From: Candidatus Krumholzibacteriota bacterium
Lineage (GTDB): Bacteria > Krumholzibacteriota > Krumholzibacteriia > JAJRXK01
NCBI GenBank assembly: GCA_963727455.1
Contig: CAVSGG010000009.1
Span: 160,001-224,000, forward strand
Reading direction: 5' to 3'
Length of the DNA stretch: 64,000 nucleotides
Of this stretch, positions 18,787 through 28,083 are shown one piece after another. Below the pieces are notes generated by a model. That model ran no database searches. It worked only from the letters and a program-made list of their open reading frames with translations, and was not told where the DNA came from. The position numbers and the translations under genes were made by a program. How positions within the stretch are numbered: the first letter of the stretch is position 1; every line of letters begins with the position of its first letter.

Positions 18787-20895
18787 ATGGAATTAAAAGC
18801 CCAACGCTCCTCCTCGCCCGCCGGCCCTCCGCGCTCCCTGCGTGACGCCCTCGTCTTCGGTTTGCTGTGCGGCATCGTGGCGCTGCTTTTCGAACTGCGC
18901 ATTCGCGCGCAGGGGCTCGACTTTCTCCAGGACGGAATCTGGCTTCTCTCCGCGTCGATTTTGCACCGTGGGGGCGCGCTCTATCGTGAGATCGTCACGC
19001 GCGAGGGGCCCTTCGACGCCGAGCTCTTGCGAGGGGTCTTTCTCTTCTTGGGGGAGAAGGCGGCGGCTCTCGCCTTCCTGAAGGCCCTGGTCGACGCGCT
19101 TGCCGCGGCCCTCGGCTCGGCCTGGGCGTTCCACCAGGGCAAGAAGAGCCTCGCCTGGCTCACGCCGCTGGGAATTTTGATCCTGGCGCCCTTCCCCCCG
19201 CGCTACCTCGTCGTCGGCGTGGCCGCCGCTCTCCTCACCGCGGCAATCGCGCGAGCGCGCGGGTCCCGGCAAGCGGAGTTCTCGCAGCGCCTGTCCATTC
19301 TCTTCCTTGCCAGCGGCTTCTGCCTCTCTCTGGCCGCGGTAAGCGGCGTGGATGGTCTTCTCTTGGCTCTGCTTCTGGCGGGAGGAACCCTCCGTGCGCT
19401 TCCGCGCGAGATTCCGGCGCTTCGATCGCGCGCCAACGCCTGGCTCTGGCTGGGTGCGGCGATCCCCTTGCTCGGCGTGCTCCTGGGCGGGGTGCTGCAG
19501 GGCAATTTGCTGAAGGGACTCGACCAGGTTCTACTGGCGGGGACCGAAAGATCGCTGCATCTGATTGCGGACTTCTCGCCGGCGAAGCTTGGGCACGGAC
19601 TGTGGGATGCGCGCCTCGCCATTTCTCCCTTCAAGAGCTTGATGACCGGCGAGAGTCTGCACGAACTCTTCCCCTCCGCCCCCATTCTGAGGGTGCTCTG
19701 TTTTCGCCTGCAGAACCTGCTGCTTTTCGCACTGGTGGCGTGGGCCTGGTCTCGCCCCTCCTTCCGGCGCGCTCAGATGCGTCCTTTGATGATTCTTGCC
19801 ACCGCCCCGCTCGTCGGAACGATCCTCCACAGCGATGCCATGAACTCCCACCGCGCCTGGCTCGCGGTTCTCATCCTCCTTCCCCTCCTCTTGAGCGAGT
19901 TGCGGCCGGCGAGCCTTCGCGCCGCCGCCGCGGGCCTCGTGCTCCTGGCGTGGTCTCTTCCCATCATGGAAGACGGTTGGCTGGCCACGCACACGCGACG
20001 AGAGGATCTGAGGTGGTGGCAACGTCCGCGCGCCGGCATTGCCCTGGATACGCAGCGCGTGAGCAAACTCGATTCACTGATCGAGCTCATGAAGCCGGAG
20101 AACGGCGGCAAGAGAGAGCCCCTCTTGGTCTGGCCCAACGCGCCCGCCCTCAATTTCTTGATGGATGCGCCGCTGGCCCTGCCTCAAGCCGTTCTTCTGC
20201 CGGGACGCGTGCGGCACAAGGAGCGCCTGGCTCCACAGTTGGCACAGTCCGCTCCGCGTCACATCCTGCTCTCGCTTTCCTGGAACTACACGGGGGAGCA
20301 AATCGAAGAGCTCGCTCCCGGTTGCTGGGACTTCATGCGCCAGAACTACCGTGTCCTGGGAAGCGTGATCGGCCCCGATCTCAGATTTCGCGTTCTTCAG
20401 CACCTCGATCCCGGCGAGAAGATCAGCGAGCTCACGCTCCCCCAGCGTCTTCCCGACGTGGAGCAGAGCGTGGGAAACGGGGTGAGTCCCGCCCTGCGCA
20501 CCAAGTTTGAAATCGGCCAGAGCTTCCGCGTGGGTCCGCGCGACCTCGAGGGTTTCGCGGTGCGCTGGCGCACCGATGCGGACTCCTTGACGGTGGGCGT
20601 GCGCATTCGCATCTGGAAGTGGGAGAAGGGCGGGTGGAATCGACTCATGGAGATCTACGAGCTCGAGGTGCCGATTCACGGGGATCTCGACCGCAGCTTC
20701 CTGCGCTTCGGTCCGGTGGAAGATTCCGCGGGGCAGCTCTTGGCCATCACCTTCGAGTTGAAAGAGGATCCCGGTCCCGAGCTGCGTTTCGTGTGGCATG
20801 ACGAAAAGAACGGCGCGCCGGATCTCTACCCCGAGGGCGCCGCCCTGGTCGAGCTCGAGCCCCAGGACGCTGATCTGTATTTCTTCAGCTGGTAA
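18787..20895 (+). CDS. Multi-TM membrane protein with extracytoplasmic C-terminal domain (GT-C-like)
   Basis: DFLQDGIW..GGALYREI..GP N-terminal pattern, many TM helices, beta-rich tail. Confidence 0.55.
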   Translation: MELKAQRSSSPAGPPRSLRDALVFGLLCGIVALLFELRIRAQGLDFLQDGIWLLSASILHRGGALYREIVTREGPFDAELLRGVFLFLGEKAAALAFLKALVDALAAALGSAWAFHQGKKSLAWLTPLGILILAPFPPRYLVVGVAAALLTAAIARARGSRQAEFSQRLSILFLASGFCLSLAAVSGVDGLLLALLLAGGTLRALPREIPALRSRANAWLWLGAAIPLLGVLLGGVLQGNLLKGLDQVLLAGTERSLHLIADFSPAKLGHGLWDARLAISPFKSLMTGESLHELFPSAPILRVLCFRLQNLLLFALVAWAWSRPSFRRAQMRPLMILATAPLVGTILHSDAMNSHRAWLAVLILLPLLLSELRPASLRAAAAGLVLLAWSLPIMEDGWLATHTRREDLRWWQRPRAGIALDTQRVSKLDSLIELMKPENGGKREPLLVWPNAPALNFLMDAPLALPQAVLLPGRVRHKERLAPQLAQSAPRHILLSLSWNYTGEQIEELAPGCWDFMRQNYRVLGSVIGPDLRFRVLQHLDPGEKISELTLPQRLPDVEQSVGNGVSPALRTKFEIGQSFRVGPRDLEGFAVRWRTDADSLTVGVRIRIWKWEKGGWNRLMEIYELEVPIHGDLDRSFLRFGPVEDSAGQLLAITFELKEDPGPELRFVWHDEKNGAPDLYPEGAALVELEPQDADLYFFSW

Positions 20896-20934
20896 TGGGA
20901 AGCGGCGGTGGCCAGGCGAGCGCCGCAAAGATGC

Positions 20935-21927
20935 TCAGTCCGGCGAATTCACCGCGCCCGCAGTGCTGCCCTCGCGCAAGAACTCGACGATCGACCGGGC
21001 CGCCGCAATCCCCACCTTCGACTTGGCTTCTTTGGTGGAAGCTCCCAAATGCGGGGTGTGGACGACCTGCTCCATGGACAAAAGCGGATGGCCGGCGGAC
21101 GGCGGCTCCTCTTCGTACACGTCGAGGGCCGCGCCCGCCAGATGCCCCGACTGCAGTGCCCGGGTCAGGGCGGATTCATCCACGAGACCACCGCGCGCGC
21201 AGTTCACCAGCAACGCGCCTCTTTGCATGAGCGCGATCTCCTCAGTGCCGATGAGTCCGCGCGTTTCGTCGCTGAGTGGCAGATGGAGGGTGAGGATGTC
21301 GGCACGGCGCAGGAGATCCTGCAGCTCTAGTTTCGTGAAACCTTCCGCCGCCGCCCTCTCGTCGCTGAGAAAGGGATCGTGCGCGAGGATCTGCATGCCA
21401 AAGGCCTTGGCCCTCTCGGCGACCAGCGTTCCGATGCGGCCGACTCCCACCACTCCCAGCTTCTTTCCCGCCAACTCGGTCCCCACGTATCGCTGTCGTT
21501 CCCATTCACCTTTCGCCAATGCGAGGTGCCCCTGCACGAGCTTGCGCACTAGGGCCAACAGAAGCGCGAAGGTCAGCTCGGCCGCGGCAACCGCATTGCC
21601 CCCCGGCGTATTGAAGACGACGATTCCGCGGCGTGAAGCCTCTTGCAGATCGATCTTGTCCAGGCCCACTCCGGCGCGCGCGATCACGCGCAGAGCCGGC
21701 GCCGCATCGAGGAGTTCGCGGCCGACGCGCGTCGCGCTGCGCACCAGTATGGCGCTGGCCTCGCCCAGCGCATTTTGACGATCGCGCGCTGAGAGTTGGG
21801 CTGCGTCGATCACCGAAAAACCGTTCTCGCGCAAAAACGCGAGCCCTTCCTCGGCGATGGGATCCATTGCCACGACCGGCCCGAAATTTTCTTTGCCGGC
21901 TTGCGCAGCTGCGTTCGGCGCTCTCAT
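20935..21927 (-). CDS. serA: D-3-phosphoglycerate dehydrogenase-like (short SerA without ACT domain)
   Basis: VRSAT, RAGVGLD, NTPGGN, GVGRIG, NCARGGLVDE, ALDVY, TPHLGAST; ATGA coupling to the aminotransferase. Confidence 0.75.
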   Translation of the reverse strand: MRAPNAAAQAGKENFGPVVAMDPIAEEGLAFLRENGFSVIDAAQLSARDRQNALGEASAILVRSATRVGRELLDAAPALRVIARAGVGLDKIDLQEASRRGIVVFNTPGGNAVAAAELTFALLLALVRKLVQGHLALAKGEWERQRYVGTELAGKKLGVVGVGRIGTLVAERAKAFGMQILAHDPFLSDERAAAEGFTKLELQDLLRRADILTLHLPLSDETRGLIGTEEIALMQRGALLVNCARGGLVDESALTRALQSGHLAGAALDVYEEEPPSAGHPLLSMEQVVHTPHLGASTKEAKSKVGIAAARSIVEFLREGSTAGAVNSPD

Positions 21928-23018
21928 GCACCACTCCTCAGTTTTTCCCACTCTTCATCCAGCACCTGCAGGCATTCCGCGAGAAGCTCGGGATCGATCT
22001 CGCCCATGTGGCCCACGCGAATCACCCGCGACTTCGTGTCGCCGTATCCCGCCCCCACCACGAATCCGCGTTCGCGGCAGGCCTCGAGCCACTTGGCGAT
22101 GTCCACCGAATCGACCGTGAGAGCGGTGAGGGTAGTAGAACGGAAACCCTCGCGCGCGAAGGGCACGAAGCGGCCGGCGGCCCACGAGAGAACTCGATCT
22201 CTCATGGCTGCGTGCCGCGCGTAGCGCTGTTGAAGGCCCTCGCTCTCCATCTGGGCGAGCGCGGCCTGAAGCTGAAAGAGCAGCGAAATGGGCGGCGTGT
22301 TGGGAGTCTGCCACGAGTCCATCTTGCGCCGGTGCAGACACCAATCGAAGTACAGGCCTTTGCCGCGCGCGCGTTCGCTTTCCTTCAACGCGCGATCGGA
22401 AACGCTGACGAGGGTGAGACCGGGCGGAAGCGCCCAGGCCTTTTGCGTACCCGCCAGACAGAGGTCCACTCCCCATTCGTCCAGGCGCAATTCGACCGCA
22501 GCCATGGAGGAGACGGTATCGACCAAGAGCAGTGCCTCGCTCTCCTCGCGCACGACCTTGGCGATTTCTCGCAGAGGATTCAGTACCCCGGTCGAGGTCT
22601 CGTTGTGCACGAGGGTCACCGCGCGATAGACTTTGGCGCGCAGCGCTTCGCGCACCCGCTCGGGATCGATGGGCTCTCCCCACTCCACCACGACTTCCTC
22701 CCCTTCCACATCGCAGGCGGCGCGCAATTTCGACCAACGCTTGGAGAAGGCTCCGCAGACCAGATGGAGCACCGGACCTGAAGTGAGATTGCGGATCGCG
22801 CCTTCCATGGCGCCAGTTGCCGAGGAGCAAAGGGGAAACACCGAGCCCTCGGTCGCCAGGACCTCGGCCACCTTGGTCATCGTCTCCTTCAAGAGGACCG
22901 AGATCTCCGGACCGCGGTGACCGATCATGGGAAGCGTCCCCGCCCGAGCGACCCCGGGCAGAACTTCGGTCGGTCCGGGCAAGAACAGCAGCGGATGATC
23001 GCGAGGGATCGAACTCAT
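21924..23018 (-). CDS. Class V PLP aminotransferase (serine-pyruvate/alanine-glyoxylate type)
   Basis: LFLPGPT, HNETSTGV, DTVSS, GTQKAWALPPG, RVGHMG. Confidence 0.9.
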   Translation of the reverse strand: MSSIPRDHPLLFLPGPTEVLPGVARAGTLPMIGHRGPEISVLLKETMTKVAEVLATEGSVFPLCSSATGAMEGAIRNLTSGPVLHLVCGAFSKRWSKLRAACDVEGEEVVVEWGEPIDPERVREALRAKVYRAVTLVHNETSTGVLNPLREIAKVVREESEALLLVDTVSSMAAVELRLDEWGVDLCLAGTQKAWALPPGLTLVSVSDRALKESERARGKGLYFDWCLHRRKMDSWQTPNTPPISLLFQLQAALAQMESEGLQQRYARHAAMRDRVLSWAAGRFVPFAREGFRSTTLTALTVDSVDIAKWLEACRERGFVVGAGYGDTKSRVIRVGHMGEIDPELLAECLQVLDEEWEKLRSGA

Positions 23019-23019
23019 T

Positions 23020-23772
23020 TCAGTTCCCTTTGTCTCTCAGGGTGGCGAGGGCGGCCGAAAGTCGCTTCTGCGTTTGCGGCCGGAACCAGAGTCGAATCCA
23101 GGCCTCGTCTTCCAGGTGGGCCGCGGTCATGGCGTCCAGGGTAGGCGCTTTCAGCCGCGACTTGATTTCCGCGAAGGCGGTGAGCGAACTCGTCCAGCGT
23201 TCCACCGAGAGGATCGAGTGATCGATGAGTTGCTTCGATTCCACGAGTACGTCGAGAATCCCCATGTCGAAGGCCTTGAAGGCCGGATACACCATGCCGC
23301 CGTACATCAGCTTCTCCAGCAGAGGTCGATCGAGGGTGTAGCGTCCCATTTCGACCAGGCTGGGCGGCACCGCCAGGCCAAGCGCACTCTCGTTCAGCCC
23401 GAACTTGCCCTCCCCCTGGGCCATCAAGCGCAGGTCGCAGGCCAGAGCCAAGAGCGCGCCCCCGGCGATCGCATGTCCGTTGATGGCCGCGATGACGGGG
23501 CGGGGAAAGGCAAAGAGCTGCCGGCAAACTCCATAGAGCTGATGCAAGAGCCGGCGGATCGCCACCCTGTCCAATTTCATCATCTGCTCCAGGTCGAGAC
23601 CGGCGCAGAAGATGGAATCGGTGCCGGTGAGGACCAGACCGCGCGGCAGATCGCGCTGGGCGGCGTCGAGTTGTTCTTGGATCGCGGCGAGAAACTGCAA
23701 AGAAAGTGCGTTCCCGTGACCGCGCTCCATGCGGAGGATGCTGACCCCATCCCGTGTTTCGCAGGAAATCAT
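23020..23772 (-). CDS. Enoyl-CoA hydratase/isomerase family
   Basis: FCAGLDL, AAINGHAIAGG, FGLNE. Confidence 0.9.
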   Translation of the reverse strand: MISCETRDGVSILRMERGHGNALSLQFLAAIQEQLDAAQRDLPRGLVLTGTDSIFCAGLDLEQMMKLDRVAIRRLLHQLYGVCRQLFAFPRPVIAAINGHAIAGGALLALACDLRLMAQGEGKFGLNESALGLAVPPSLVEMGRYTLDRPLLEKLMYGGMVYPAFKAFDMGILDVLVESKQLIDHSILSVERWTSSLTAFAEIKSRLKAPTLDAMTAAHLEDEAWIRLWFRPQTQKRLSAALATLRDKGN

Positions 23773-23835
23773 GTCTCTCCATCCGGGTGTGGCCGCAGAA
23801 CCTCGAAGATCAGCCCGGCGGCCAAGCGTAGAATT

Positions 23836-24627
23836 TCAGGCGAGCTCTCCGGGCTTCTTGCCCTCGCCGCGCATCAGCGCATCCCTCGCCTGCAGAAGCT
23901 TGGCGCGAGTCTTTGGGGAAAACCACTGATCGAGCCAGGACTCGTCGGCCCCCGGGGTGTTGCGGGCCAGACGCTCACCCGCCCGCCGGCGCACACTGGC
24001 CTTGGCGAGCGCGTAGGCCGCCAACGAAGGGGAAGCCAAGCTCCGCGCGCAGGCCACGGCCTCCTCTTCCACTTCCTCCCCGGGCACGACCAGGTCCACG
24101 AGGCCGCGCCGAAGAGCGTCCTGCGGCTCGTAGATGCGTCCTTCGTAGAGCAATTCCTCGACGAGCCGCCGCGGCCAAGAATCGCGCAAAACTTCGATGG
24201 CGATCTCGGGGTACGAGACACCGAGGTGGATGCCGTGAATGCCGAATCGACAGCCCCGGGCGGCCAGGATACGCCGATCGCAACAAAGCGCCAGCAGGGC
24301 CCCGCCCGCGAGGGCATGCCCGGCGATCGCGGCCACCACCGGAGCGGGGTGAAGATAACAGGCCCTGAGCGCCTCCTCAAACGCTCTCATCAGCCGCGCC
24401 ATGCCCGTCCGATCCAGCTCGATGGCGAAATCCAGATCGAGCCCGGTGCAGAACGAGCGGGCTGCGCTCGCCAAGACGATCGGTTTGGGGTCTCCGTCAG
24501 CCCGCCGGAAAGCGGCCGCCAGCGCGCCGAGAGTGTTCTCATCGAGTGCGTTCCCGCGGCCGCGATGGAGCCGCCACAGCCTCACCCCCCCGCGCTCGTG
24601 AACTTGCAGCACCCCGCCTTCCTCCAT
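23836..24627 (-). CDS. Enoyl-CoA hydratase/isomerase family paralog lacking the usual Glu
   Basis: FCTGLDL, AAIAGHALAGG, but FGIHG in place of FGLNE. Confidence 0.85.
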   Translation of the reverse strand: MEEGGVLQVHERGGVRLWRLHRGRGNALDENTLGALAAAFRRADGDPKPIVLASAARSFCTGLDLDFAIELDRTGMARLMRAFEEALRACYLHPAPVVAAIAGHALAGGALLALCCDRRILAARGCRFGIHGIHLGVSYPEIAIEVLRDSWPRRLVEELLYEGRIYEPQDALRRGLVDLVVPGEEVEEEAVACARSLASPSLAAYALAKASVRRRAGERLARNTPGADESWLDQWFSPKTRAKLLQARDALMRGEGKKPGELA

Positions 24628-24769
24628 CCCCCTCTCTTCGGCGTGTCCGTCGAGCATCCGCGTCGAATCCTTCGGCATGAAACCATTTGCGACTTCGCTG
24701 CGTCCAACCCAGAGAAGCTAGAGCGGGAGAGTTCTTGCTCACCGCCCCCCCTTCCCCGGGAGACTCGGC

Positions 24770-25860
24770 ATGTCCAACCAGAATACCCGCCTCGCAGTGC
24801 TTTCGCTGCTTTTCCTGCTCTGTGCCACCTTCGTGAGCGCCCCCTTCCCGCTCGAGCAGACTTTCAGAAAGAACTGAGCGTGAAGGGAGAGCGACTGGTC
24901 CTGGGCAATCTGATCGGGAAAGTTCAGATCGTCGGCAGCGAAGGCAGTGAATTCAAGATCCATCTCGATGTCCGCGGCGAGGACGCCAGCGAGAAGCTCA
25001 TCCAAGTGAAGAATGAGAAGAACGGAGACGAAGCCCAGGTGCTGGTGCAGTTCCCCACCGACACGGAAAAGGACTATGTCTACCCCGCCCTCGGCGAGCA
25101 TTCGCACACACGCTTCTCCGCCAAGCTGGGATCCAGCGGGCACCATGGCTGGTTCAGCGAGTTGTTCGGCTCTTCGCAGAAAATCGAAGTGCGCGGATCG
25201 GGCAAGGGCCTGAAGCTCTGGGTCGACCTCCGTATCGAAGTCCCGAAGGGTAAGGAGAGCAAGATCTACCTCGGTTGCGGCAGCATCGACGCGAACGATC
25301 TAACGGGATCCCTGAGACTGGACACGCATTCGGGCCCCGTCACGGCGCAGAGGATCCACGGTGATCTGCTCGTCGATACCGGCAGCGGTCACGTCTCGAT
25401 CGCCGAGGTCCAGGGCGAAGTGAAGGTCGATACCGGCAGCGGCAACGTGAAGGCCAGGGACGTGAAAGGTGACCTTCTCGTGGACACCGGAAGCGGATCC
25501 GTCGAGCTCAGTTCCGTCGAAGCGGGGCGGGTGGATGTCGACACGGGCAGCGGCGGAGTGAGCCTGGATAGCATCCGAGCCAGAGACTTGAAGGCCGACA
25601 CCGGCTCGGGAGAGGTGGCCTGCCGCGAGGTACTCTGTGAGAAGCTGCTGGTGGACACCGGCAGCGGCGGAATCGAACTCGTCCTGCCCAAAGAGACCTC
25701 CGCGCGCATCGAGGTGGATACCGGCAGCGGCGGAATCGACATCGATTTCGAGGGAGCCAAAATCGAGAAGCAATCGAAGGACTATGCTCTCTTGACGGTG
25801 GGCGCGGGCAAGGGCCGCTACAGCCTGGACACGGGCAGCGGGGCGATCCGCATCCGCTAA
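24770..25860 (+). CDS. Secreted DUF4097 beta-strand-repeat protein, frameshifted after the signal peptide
   Basis: ATG 24770 (GGGAGA SD) encodes MSNQNTRLAVLSLLFLLCATFVSA; the mature part (PARA-DFQKELSV.. with DTGSG repeats) is in another frame; junction at a C5 run, 24840-24844. Confidence 0.8.
25321..25845 (+). repeat. Mostly 19-aa DT(G/H)SG repeats, about 9 copies
   Basis: Recurrent GA(C/T)AC(C/G)GGCAGCGG; DTHSG, DTGSGHV, DTGSGNV, DTGSGSV, DTGSGGV, DTGSGEV, DTGSGGI x2, DTGSGAI. Confidence 0.85.
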
Positions 25861-26867
25861 TCGTCCCGCGGAGAGATCCTCAGAAGCGCGAGCCGTTCGT
25901 GCCGGTCGCTGACGTTCGCGTAGGCCTGGGCCGCCTCCTCGAAGGGGTAGACGCGGCTCACGACCTCGGTGGGATCGAAGAGTTCCGCGGCGAGAATGTT
26001 GAGAACCGGCTCCAGAGGGCCCTGGCGCAGACCGAGCACGCGGATGCTCTTGTCCAGAACCAAAGTCAAAGCGCGCGGCACTCCGTCGTGGCAGGAACTC
26101 ATCATGAAGATGGTGCCGCCTGGGCACACCAAGTGCGTCGCGGCCTTCCAGCCGCCCGACTGTCCCGTGGCCTCGAAGATGAAGGGATAGCTGGCGAGAG
26201 CGGGACCGAAACGGCCGGGACGAACTCCATTCATCTCGTCTTCGTCGGTCGCCAAATTGAAGTGAATGCCATGGCGACGGATGAGGTCGAAGCGATCTCC
26301 GTGCTTGCCGCGCAGCGTGACGGTATATCCTGCCGAAGCGAGAGATAGCGCGACCAGCATCCCGACACCGCCGTCTCCCACCACCAGCACGTTCGTCCAG
26401 CGCGGCAGTTGTCCGCGAGTCAGGGAATCGTAAATGGCAGCGATGAGCGGTGAAAGCACCGCGGCCTCATCCTTCACTCCGCGAGGGACGACCGCAACCG
26501 CTCGACGCGGAAGATGGATGTACTCGGCTTGCCCGCCGGCCGCCCCGAAGAGACCGGGACGCACCCGGTCACGGCAACGTTCGTCGTGACCCAGACGGCA
26601 GGCGTCACACATCCCGCAGCCGTAGATCGAGCGGCCCACGACGCGCGAACCCACCAACGCGCGCCCTTCCTCGGAACGACACTCTTCCACCTTGCCCACG
26701 AAACAGGTCCCGGGGATCCCGGTGTAGGGCCGGCGTCCGGAGGCGACATCGACGTCGAGACCGGTGATCGCGCTCATGAGGACCCTGATCCGCAGACTTC
26801 CCTCGGTGAGTCCCGGCTCGTTCATCTCGGTGAGCGTGAGCTCCCGATCCATCAGAAGACTCTTCAC
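25857..26867 (-). CDS. MDR (Zn-alcohol dehydrogenase-like) protein, catalytic Zn motifs degenerate
   Basis: Structural CGMCDAC..C and Rossmann VVGDGGVG present; AITGLD and GTCF replace GICxxD and GHEF. Confidence 0.8.
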   Translation of the reverse strand: MKSLLMDRELTLTEMNEPGLTEGSLRIRVLMSAITGLDVDVASGRRPYTGIPGTCFVGKVEECRSEEGRALVGSRVVGRSIYGCGMCDACRLGHDERCRDRVRPGLFGAAGGQAEYIHLPRRAVAVVPRGVKDEAAVLSPLIAAIYDSLTRGQLPRWTNVLVVGDGGVGMLVALSLASAGYTVTLRGKHGDRFDLIRRHGIHFNLATDEDEMNGVRPGRFGPALASYPFIFEATGQSGGWKAATHLVCPGGTIFMMSSCHDGVPRALTLVLDKSIRVLGLRQGPLEPVLNILAAELFDPTEVVSRVYPFEEAAQAYANVSDRHERLALLRISPRDD

Positions 26868-27940
26868 GCGATCCCTCCTCCCATGGCGTTGCGAACCAGA
26901 ACCTTGAGGGTTCCGCGCGTGTTCGCCTTCTCCAGGGCGGTCATCGCCTCCTGCATGGAATAGCTGCCGGCGACGAGAGGAAGAATGTCCAGTCGCTTGC
27001 GCTGCAGATAGGCCAGACTGTCCTCCAGCCTTCCTCCGTTGACTCCGATCAGATCGATTTCGTTTTCGGTGAGGAAGCGCAAATCGAAGCCCTGATTGGC
27101 TGCGAAGCGGCTCAAGAGAACGATGCGTCCGCGAGGGCGCGTGGCAGCCACGGCCAGATCGAAGCCCGAGGGATGGCCCGAACAGTCATAGACCATTCCG
27201 TAGGATTCGGTGACGAGTTTCGCTCCGGAGACCGGGTCGCCCGCGGTTTCGTCGGCGCCCGCCACTCCGCTGAAGGAGATTCCACTGCGCCACAAAAGCT
27301 CCCGGCGCGACATGTGCCGACCCAGGACGCTCACGGTATGTCCCGCGGCATGGAGAACGAGGGTGGTCAAGAGGCCGAGATTGCCGTCCCCCACCACCAG
27401 AACCCGTTGCGGTGGAGGACCCTCGAGCAGCGAAGAAGCCTCCAGGGCACTGGCCAGAGGGTGTGCGAAGATCGCCTCTTCGTCATCCACTCCCTCGGGC
27501 ACCTCGACCAGGGCGCGCTCCGAGATGGTCACCCATTCCGCCAGAGCACCGTCGGTGAGCCCCATTCCCAGCGCCCGATCCCGCGTGAGTTCGCACAGCC
27601 AGGGTTTGCCGTCGCGGCAGGGTAGGCAGCGCGTGCAACCGGCATTGAGATTGGCGACGACGCGGCGCCCGATCCAGGCCTCTCCGGCCGGTGTCGTGGC
27701 TTCCACGACCTCGCCCACGAATTCGTGACCCAAAATGACGCGCTCGCGCCCCGGAGCGCGAATCCCGCGCACCAGCTGCAAGTCGCTGCTGGCGATCCCG
27801 CAAGCGCGAACCCTGACCAGCACTTCCCCTTCCGCCGCGCGGGGACGGCTCACCGTCGCCAACTGCGGCACCTTGTCGAGTACGAGCGCGCGCATCGTAC
27901 GAAGGCGGGTACTCTTGCTCGAGCGCTGGATCGGGCTCAT
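26864..27940 (-). CDS. MDR (Zn-alcohol dehydrogenase-like) protein
   Basis: ILGHEFVG, CTRCLPC..C, VVGDGNLG; GIASSD in place of GICxSD; GAGGAG SD. Confidence 0.85.
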   Translation of the reverse strand: MSPIQRSSKSTRLRTMRALVLDKVPQLATVSRPRAAEGEVLVRVRACGIASSDLQLVRGIRAPGRERVILGHEFVGEVVEATTPAGEAWIGRRVVANLNAGCTRCLPCRDGKPWLCELTRDRALGMGLTDGALAEWVTISERALVEVPEGVDDEEAIFAHPLASALEASSLLEGPPPQRVLVVGDGNLGLLTTLVLHAAGHTVSVLGRHMSRRELLWRSGISFSGVAGADETAGDPVSGAKLVTESYGMVYDCSGHPSGFDLAVAATRPRGRIVLLSRFAANQGFDLRFLTENEIDLIGVNGGRLEDSLAYLQRKRLDILPLVAGSYSMQEAMTALEKANTRGTLKVLVRNAMGGGIA

Positions 27941-28083
27941 GGGAGCTTTCTCCTCGTCCACACGTTTCCCCGATCTGACGGAGGGCATCGCGAGATGCCT
28001 CGGCCGGGATCGACCGCTCCGGTCAGGGGCTGGATTGCCTCATCGCTAAGGCAATCTCCATGCCGTTCCCCGCACAAAACAGC

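Noticed and set aside
23074-24769. N-terminal part of the 928-aa ORF 23074..25860
   Set aside because: Antisense shadow of the two crotonase genes; the real gene starts at 24770
25321-25845. CRISPR-like or DNA-level repeat array
   Set aside because: Repeats are in-frame DTGSG protein repeats with synonymous variation; no cas genes
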